In this document: piece after piece, positions 59,791 through 64,000 of the stretch
How positions within the stretch are numbered: position 1 is the stretch's first letter
How the letters are laid out: each line of letters opens with the position of its first letter
Source: Polyangiales bacterium
GTDB taxonomy: Bacteria > Myxococcota_A > Polyangia > Polyangiales > Polyangiaceae
Direction of reading: 5' to 3'
Length of the DNA: 64,000 bases
Assembly: GCA_038230375.1 (NCBI GenBank)
Contig: JBBRNJ010000043.1
Location: 10,435-74,434 of the forward strand
Notes under the pieces: model-generated
The model's database searches: none
Seen by the model: only the letters and a program-made list of their open reading frames with translations
What the model was told of the DNA's origin: nothing
Program-made: the position numbers and the translations under genes

Positions 59791-59959
59791 CGCGTGCACA
59801 ATACACGGGACCAAAACTATTTTTGGTCTCATGGTCTGGCACATGGTCCGAAGTTTGGTCCTGGTGCCTCTCCGTGCCGCTCGGTGCCACGAGTTTGGTC
59901 TCGGAGGCCCCGAATTTCTCGGCGTTTCCGTCCGTGCGTCGGCGGTTTTCAAATTCAGC

Positions 59960-59975
59960 TCTCTTCTCCTCCGCT
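59960..59975 (+). repeat. att-like copy of the tRNA-Ser 3' end
   Basis: Identical to 55224-55239. Confidence 0.9.
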
Positions 59976-60022
59976 AGTTTTACGCACGATTCAGACTGGT
60001 TGCGTGGTGCCCGCGACCGCCG

Positions 60023-63000
60023 TCATGGTGGAGAGCCGCCGGGGGACGCCGGGACCGGGGCGGGAGCCTTGTCACTCGGTTCTTGGACCCTGAACCAGGC
60101 GAGATAGAGAGACGGAAGGAATAGCAGCGTGAGCACCGTGCCGACGATGATCCCGCCCATCATCGCATACGCCATTGGGCCCCAGAAGACCTCACGCGCG
60201 ATCGGAATGAGCGCCAGGCTTGCAGCGGCTGCGGTGAGCAGGATCGGGCGAGCGCGATGCTTCGTGGCATCAAGGACCGCCTCCCATGCTCCCATTCCGT
60301 CGCTCCGATGCTCCTCGATCTGAACGACGAGTATGACGGAGTTGCGGATGAGAATACCGATCAGAGCGAGCACGCCAAGGAGTGCGACGAAGCCGAGCGG
60401 GGCCTGACTAGGAACGAGCGCAGCGACGACACCAATGAGCGCGAGTGGTGCCACGGCGAAGACGAGGAACAGGCGACTGAAGCTCTGAAGCTGGATCATG
60501 AGGAGAGTTGCCATCGCGAAGAGCATCACGGGCACGATCGCGACGATGGGCCCCTGTCCCTTCCCGCTCTCCTCTACTGCGCCGCCGATGACGATCGCGT
60601 AGCCTGCGGGGAGGGTGTTGCGGAAGCTTTGGATGGCAGGTGCGAGCTCGTCCACTACGGTCGCAGGCTGGACGCCCGGAACGACGCCCGCCTTGACCGT
60701 CACGGTAGGTTGCCGATTCCGACGCCAGACGACGGGCTGTTCGACCTCGTAGCGGAAGGTGGCAATCGCTTCGAGCGGGACTGCCTGACCACCCGCGGCC
60801 GGCAACGACAACCCTCGAAGGCGCTCGATCGAGCCGCGCTCCTCCTCCACGGCGCGGGTGACGACGTTCACGAGATAGATGTGGTCGAGAACCTGGGTCA
60901 CCGGCGTACCTCCGACCGAGGAAGCGAGGACCACGGAGATCGTCTGCGAGGAGACCCCGAGCTGGCGCGCCTTGTCCTGGTTCACGTCGACCTTCACCAC
61001 GCGGGATGGCTCACTCCAGTCGGTGACCGCAGCTCGGACCGAGGAGCTCTTCTCGACGATATCGGCGACCTGATAGCCGTAACCTCGGACCTTCTGGATG
61101 TCCGGGCCCGTGATGCGGTACTGCACCGGCCGGCCCACGGGCGGCCCGATCTCCATGAGATGGACGAAGGCATCGGTTCCCGGAAGCTGCTTGTCGAGCC
61201 ACGTCTGGAGCTGCGTGCGCAGCTTGTCTCGCTCCTTCGCATTCTTCGCGACGATGATCGTCTGACCGAAGAAGGGATTGGGCGGCTGGACGTCGAACGT
61301 CAGGATGAAGCGGACGGCGCCCTGACCGACGTAGGAGCTGAAGTGCTCGATTCCGGCATTCCCGATGAGCTGCTCCTTCTCGAAGCGGTCCATCTGCGCA
61401 CGCGTCTCGGTGATCGACGCACTCTGTGGCAAGTTCCAGTCGACGATGAGCTCCGGTCGATCGGAGTCGGGGAAGAACTGCTTGGGAACGAAGCGCATGG
61501 CTCCGACCGAGAGCACGAAGGCGGCGAGCGTCCCGGCAATGGTGAGCCAGCGATGACGCATCGAGGCGAGCAAGATTCGATCGAAGGCACGTGAGAGACG
61601 GGAACCACGTGCCTCGTGCCCCTTCATCGTCGCCGGCAACAAGGCGGTACCGAGCAGCGGCGTGAAGAGCACCGCCACGAACCACGACACGACCAGAGAC
61701 ACCGCAATGACGACGAAGAGAGAGAACGTGAACTCGCCGGCGGCGCTGGGATTGAGTCCAACGGGAATGAAGCTGGCAACGGTCACGAGCGTGCCGGTCA
61801 ACATCGGAAACGCGGTGGAGGTATAGACCGCGGTGGCCGCTTTCTCTTTCGGATCACCCGCCTCGAGGCGGGTCACCATCATCTCGACAGCGATCATCGC
61901 GTCGTCGACGAGGAGCCCGAGCGCGATGATCAACGCCCCGAGAGAGATGCGCTGGAGGGAGATCCCGGCGAGCTCCATCACCACGAACGTGATCGCGAGG
62001 ACGAGCGGTATCGCGAGCGCAACGACCAACCCGGCGCGTAGACCGAGGCTGATGAAGCTGACGATCAGGACGATGGCGATGGCCTCGACGAGGGCCTCGA
62101 CGAACCCGTTGACGGCTTCGTGTACCACTCCGGGCTGGTCCGACACGAGGCTCACGTTCACACCGACGGGCAGCTCGGTGACGACCTTCTTCATATGCGC
62201 CTTCACGTGCTCACCGAAGTCGAGCAAGTTCGCGTTCGGCCGCATCCCGATCGCAAGGCCGATCGCCGGCTTACCGTTGAAGCGGAAGAGTGGCTGCGGC
62301 GGGTCGGAGTAGCCGCGATGCACGGTCGCGATGTCGCGGAGGCGGAAGAAACGGTCGTTGCTCCGTAAATTGATGGCGAGGATGCTCTCGTCGGAGTCGA
62401 ACTGGCCCGAAACCTTGAGCCGAATTCGTTCCGATCCGGCCTCGATCACGCCGGAAGCGACGATCGCGTTCTGGGTCTGAAGCGAGGCAATCACGCCCTG
62501 CTGGTCGATCCCGAACGCAGCGAGCTTCGTCGGTGAGAACTCGATCTGGATCACTTCGTCCTGTGCGCCTACCAGCTCGACGCGCCCCGCATTCGGGATC
62601 ATGAGTACGCCTCGGCGCACCTCCTCCACGTAGTCGCGTAGCTGGCGCTCGGTCAGCCCGTCGCTCGTGAACGCGTAGACGTTGCCGAAGACGTCGCCGA
62701 AATCGTCGTTGTAAAAGGGGCCGATGACGCCACGGGGAAACGTTCCTGCAATGTCGCGCGTGACATTGCGAACGCGCAACCAGCTGCGGGCGACATCGGC
62801 ACCGCGCGTCGTGTCCTTCAAGTTGACGAAGATCGTCGTTCGACCTGGGCTCGTGACGCTGCGCGTGAAATCGAGAGTGTCGATCTCTTCGAGCTTCTTC
62901 TCGATGCGGTCAGTGACCTGACTCATGACTTCGTCAGACGATGCGCCCGGCCACTGGGCCGAGATGATCATGGTCTTTATCGTGAAGTTGGGGTCCTCTT

Positions 63001-63112
63001 CTCGCCCGAGCTTCAGATACGAGAACACCCCGAAAACGCTCGCGGCGAGCATGAGGTAGAAAACGAGCGACCGGTGCTCGAGTGCCCACTCGGATAGATT
63101 GAATTTCTTCAT
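60023..63112 (-). CDS. RND efflux permease (AcrB family)
   Basis: FNLSEWAL, LGREEDP, ALGLLVDDA, R.RPILLTAAA, about 12 TM helices. Confidence 0.96.
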   Translation of the reverse strand: MKKFNLSEWALEHRSLVFYLMLAASVFGVFSYLKLGREEDPNFTIKTMIISAQWPGASSDEVMSQVTDRIEKKLEEIDTLDFTRSVTSPGRTTIFVNLKDTTRGADVARSWLRVRNVTRDIAGTFPRGVIGPFYNDDFGDVFGNVYAFTSDGLTERQLRDYVEEVRRGVLMIPNAGRVELVGAQDEVIQIEFSPTKLAAFGIDQQGVIASLQTQNAIVASGVIEAGSERIRLKVSGQFDSDESILAINLRSNDRFFRLRDIATVHRGYSDPPQPLFRFNGKPAIGLAIGMRPNANLLDFGEHVKAHMKKVVTELPVGVNVSLVSDQPGVVHEAVNGFVEALVEAIAIVLIVSFISLGLRAGLVVALAIPLVLAITFVVMELAGISLQRISLGALIIALGLLVDDAMIAVEMMVTRLEAGDPKEKAATAVYTSTAFPMLTGTLVTVASFIPVGLNPSAAGEFTFSLFVVIAVSLVVSWFVAVLFTPLLGTALLPATMKGHEARGSRLSRAFDRILLASMRHRWLTIAGTLAAFVLSVGAMRFVPKQFFPDSDRPELIVDWNLPQSASITETRAQMDRFEKEQLIGNAGIEHFSSYVGQGAVRFILTFDVQPPNPFFGQTIIVAKNAKERDKLRTQLQTWLDKQLPGTDAFVHLMEIGPPVGRPVQYRITGPDIQKVRGYGYQVADIVEKSSSVRAAVTDWSEPSRVVKVDVNQDKARQLGVSSQTISVVLASSVGGTPVTQVLDHIYLVNVVTRAVEEERGSIERLRGLSLPAAGGQAVPLEAIATFRYEVEQPVVWRRNRQPTVTVKAGVVPGVQPATVVDELAPAIQSFRNTLPAGYAIVIGGAVEESGKGQGPIVAIVPVMLFAMATLLMIQLQSFSRLFLVFAVAPLALIGVVAALVPSQAPLGFVALLGVLALIGILIRNSVILVVQIEEHRSDGMGAWEAVLDATKHRARPILLTAAAASLALIPIAREVFWGPMAYAMMGGIIVGTVLTLLFLPSLYLAWFRVQEPSDKAPAPVPASPGGSPP

Positions 63113-64000
63113 GGTGCGTTTTCGCCAATCGACTTGATCCGTTGCCCTGCCGTAACGGAGTGCACTCCCGCGATCACGACGCGCTCACCGGTGTTCAGTC
63201 CGGTGAGGACCTCGACGTCCTCGTCCGTGCGCGTCCCCAGCGTCACGCTGCGAGGCTGGAGGACGTCCTTGTCGACCACCCACACCGAAGCCACGCCCGC
63301 ATCTTCCAGAACCGCGGTGATCGGGACCCGCGGCGACGATATGGCGGCGGCTGGCCGCTCGGCATACATCGTCGAGCCCAAACGCATGCCCCCGGTCGCG
63401 AGCGGGAATCCGATCCACACCCGGCGCGTACGCGTGACGCGATCCGACGCGGCGGCGATCTGCCGGATCTCACCGGTGATCGGCTTGCCGCCACGCTCCT
63501 CGTGAACGACGAAGACATCACCATTCCGGAGCTGGCGAGCGCTCGCGTCCGGAGCGTCGAAGACGAAGTCGAGGGCGTCCGGCCGCACGATCTCCGCGAC
63601 CGTGGCGTTCGGCGCGACGACCTGCTCGACCTCGAAATCGATTCGCGTGATGATCCCGTCGGAATCGGCGCGAAGTACTCCGTAGTCGAGCTCCTCGCGG
63701 GTCTTGCGGAGGCGAGCCACCGCCTCGTCCACGGTGGCGACCGCGGCGGCATGGCTCGTTCGGGCCTCATCGAACGTGGATTGCGCGACCGTCTCCCGTT
63801 CGAGGAGCGCGCTCTGTCGACCGAGAACGGTCGCGGCGTTCATGCGGCGCGAGCTCAGGGCAGCGACGTCCGCCGAAGCGGCGTTCACCGCGAGCTGTAG
63901 GGCGCGACGGTCGAGGCTCGCAATCTCCTGGCCACGCTTCACGGCATCACCGACGGATACCGCACGACGCACCACCCGTCCGCCGACGCGAAAAGCGAGC
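63109..64000 (-). CDS. RND membrane fusion protein (5' end outside the window)
   Basis: LAFRVGGRVV...VGDAVKRGQ, LRADSDGII, GL..GERVV.AG. ATGA overlap with the permease start. Confidence 0.93.
   Translation of the reverse strand, partial: LAFRVGGRVVRRAVSVGDAVKRGQEIASLDRRALQLAVNAASADVAALSSRRMNAATVLGRQSALLERETVAQSTFDEARTSHAAAVATVDEAVARLRKTREELDYGVLRADSDGIITRIDFEVEQVVAPNATVAEIVRPDALDFVFDAPDASARQLRNGDVFVVHEERGGKPITGEIRQIAAASDRVTRTRRVWIGFPLATGGMRLGSTMYAERPAAAISSPRVPITAVLEDAGVASVWVVDKDVLQPRSVTLGTRTDEDVEVLTGLNTGERVVIAGVHSVTAGQRIKSIGENAP

Larger units (their letters stand above)
55240..59975. mobile_element. Integrase-less genomic island (remnant) at tRNA-Ser
   Basis: 16-bp direct repeat TCTCTTCTCCTCCGCT at 55224-55239 and 59960-59975; shared GGACCAAA motifs near both ends; frameshifted cargo. 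Confidence 0.8.

Noticed and set aside
59791..59890. Track start of the kinase at 59890
   Set aside because: This stretch is made of island-end repeat motifs and does not look like coding sequence.
55240..59975. Prophage or IS element
   Set aside because: No structural, replication, integrase or transposase genes are recognisable.

Overview
GC-rich bacterial chromosome segment. Its gene content (Hanks-type Ser/Thr kinases, J-domain/TPR proteins, Cys-rich lipoproteins, a MYXO-CTERM-like protein, an ECF module) points to a myxobacterium, probably Polyangiales; this is an inference. Positions 1-55.1 kb are mostly core genes: rtcB, an rbfA paralog, tRNA-modifying enzymes, a partial Liv ABC transporter, pfp, ligA, comEC, hpt, rarA, yggS, rpoZ and uvrA. 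A tRNA-Ser(TGA) at 55151-55237 is followed by a ~4.7 kb island with no integrase, and then by an RND efflux pair that runs off the window. Best leads: (1) an unannotated 16-aa leader ORF with a strong SD and a switchable terminator-like structure in front of the rbfA2-rtcB operon; (2) a VxrA/VxrB/VxrC-like locus with two candidate operator boxes; (3) the tRNA-Ser island, whose far junction joins an inverted anticodon-arm copy to a direct 3'-end copy, and whose cargo is a SEC-C/VRGHWR protein pair and a damaged CMPK2-like kinase; (4) a kinase-STAND-TPR gene coupled to a patatin; (5) a pseudo-HAD/deaminase fusion; (6) strand-specific C-to-T-like composition patches. All family calls come from motif recognition by eye; no searches were run.
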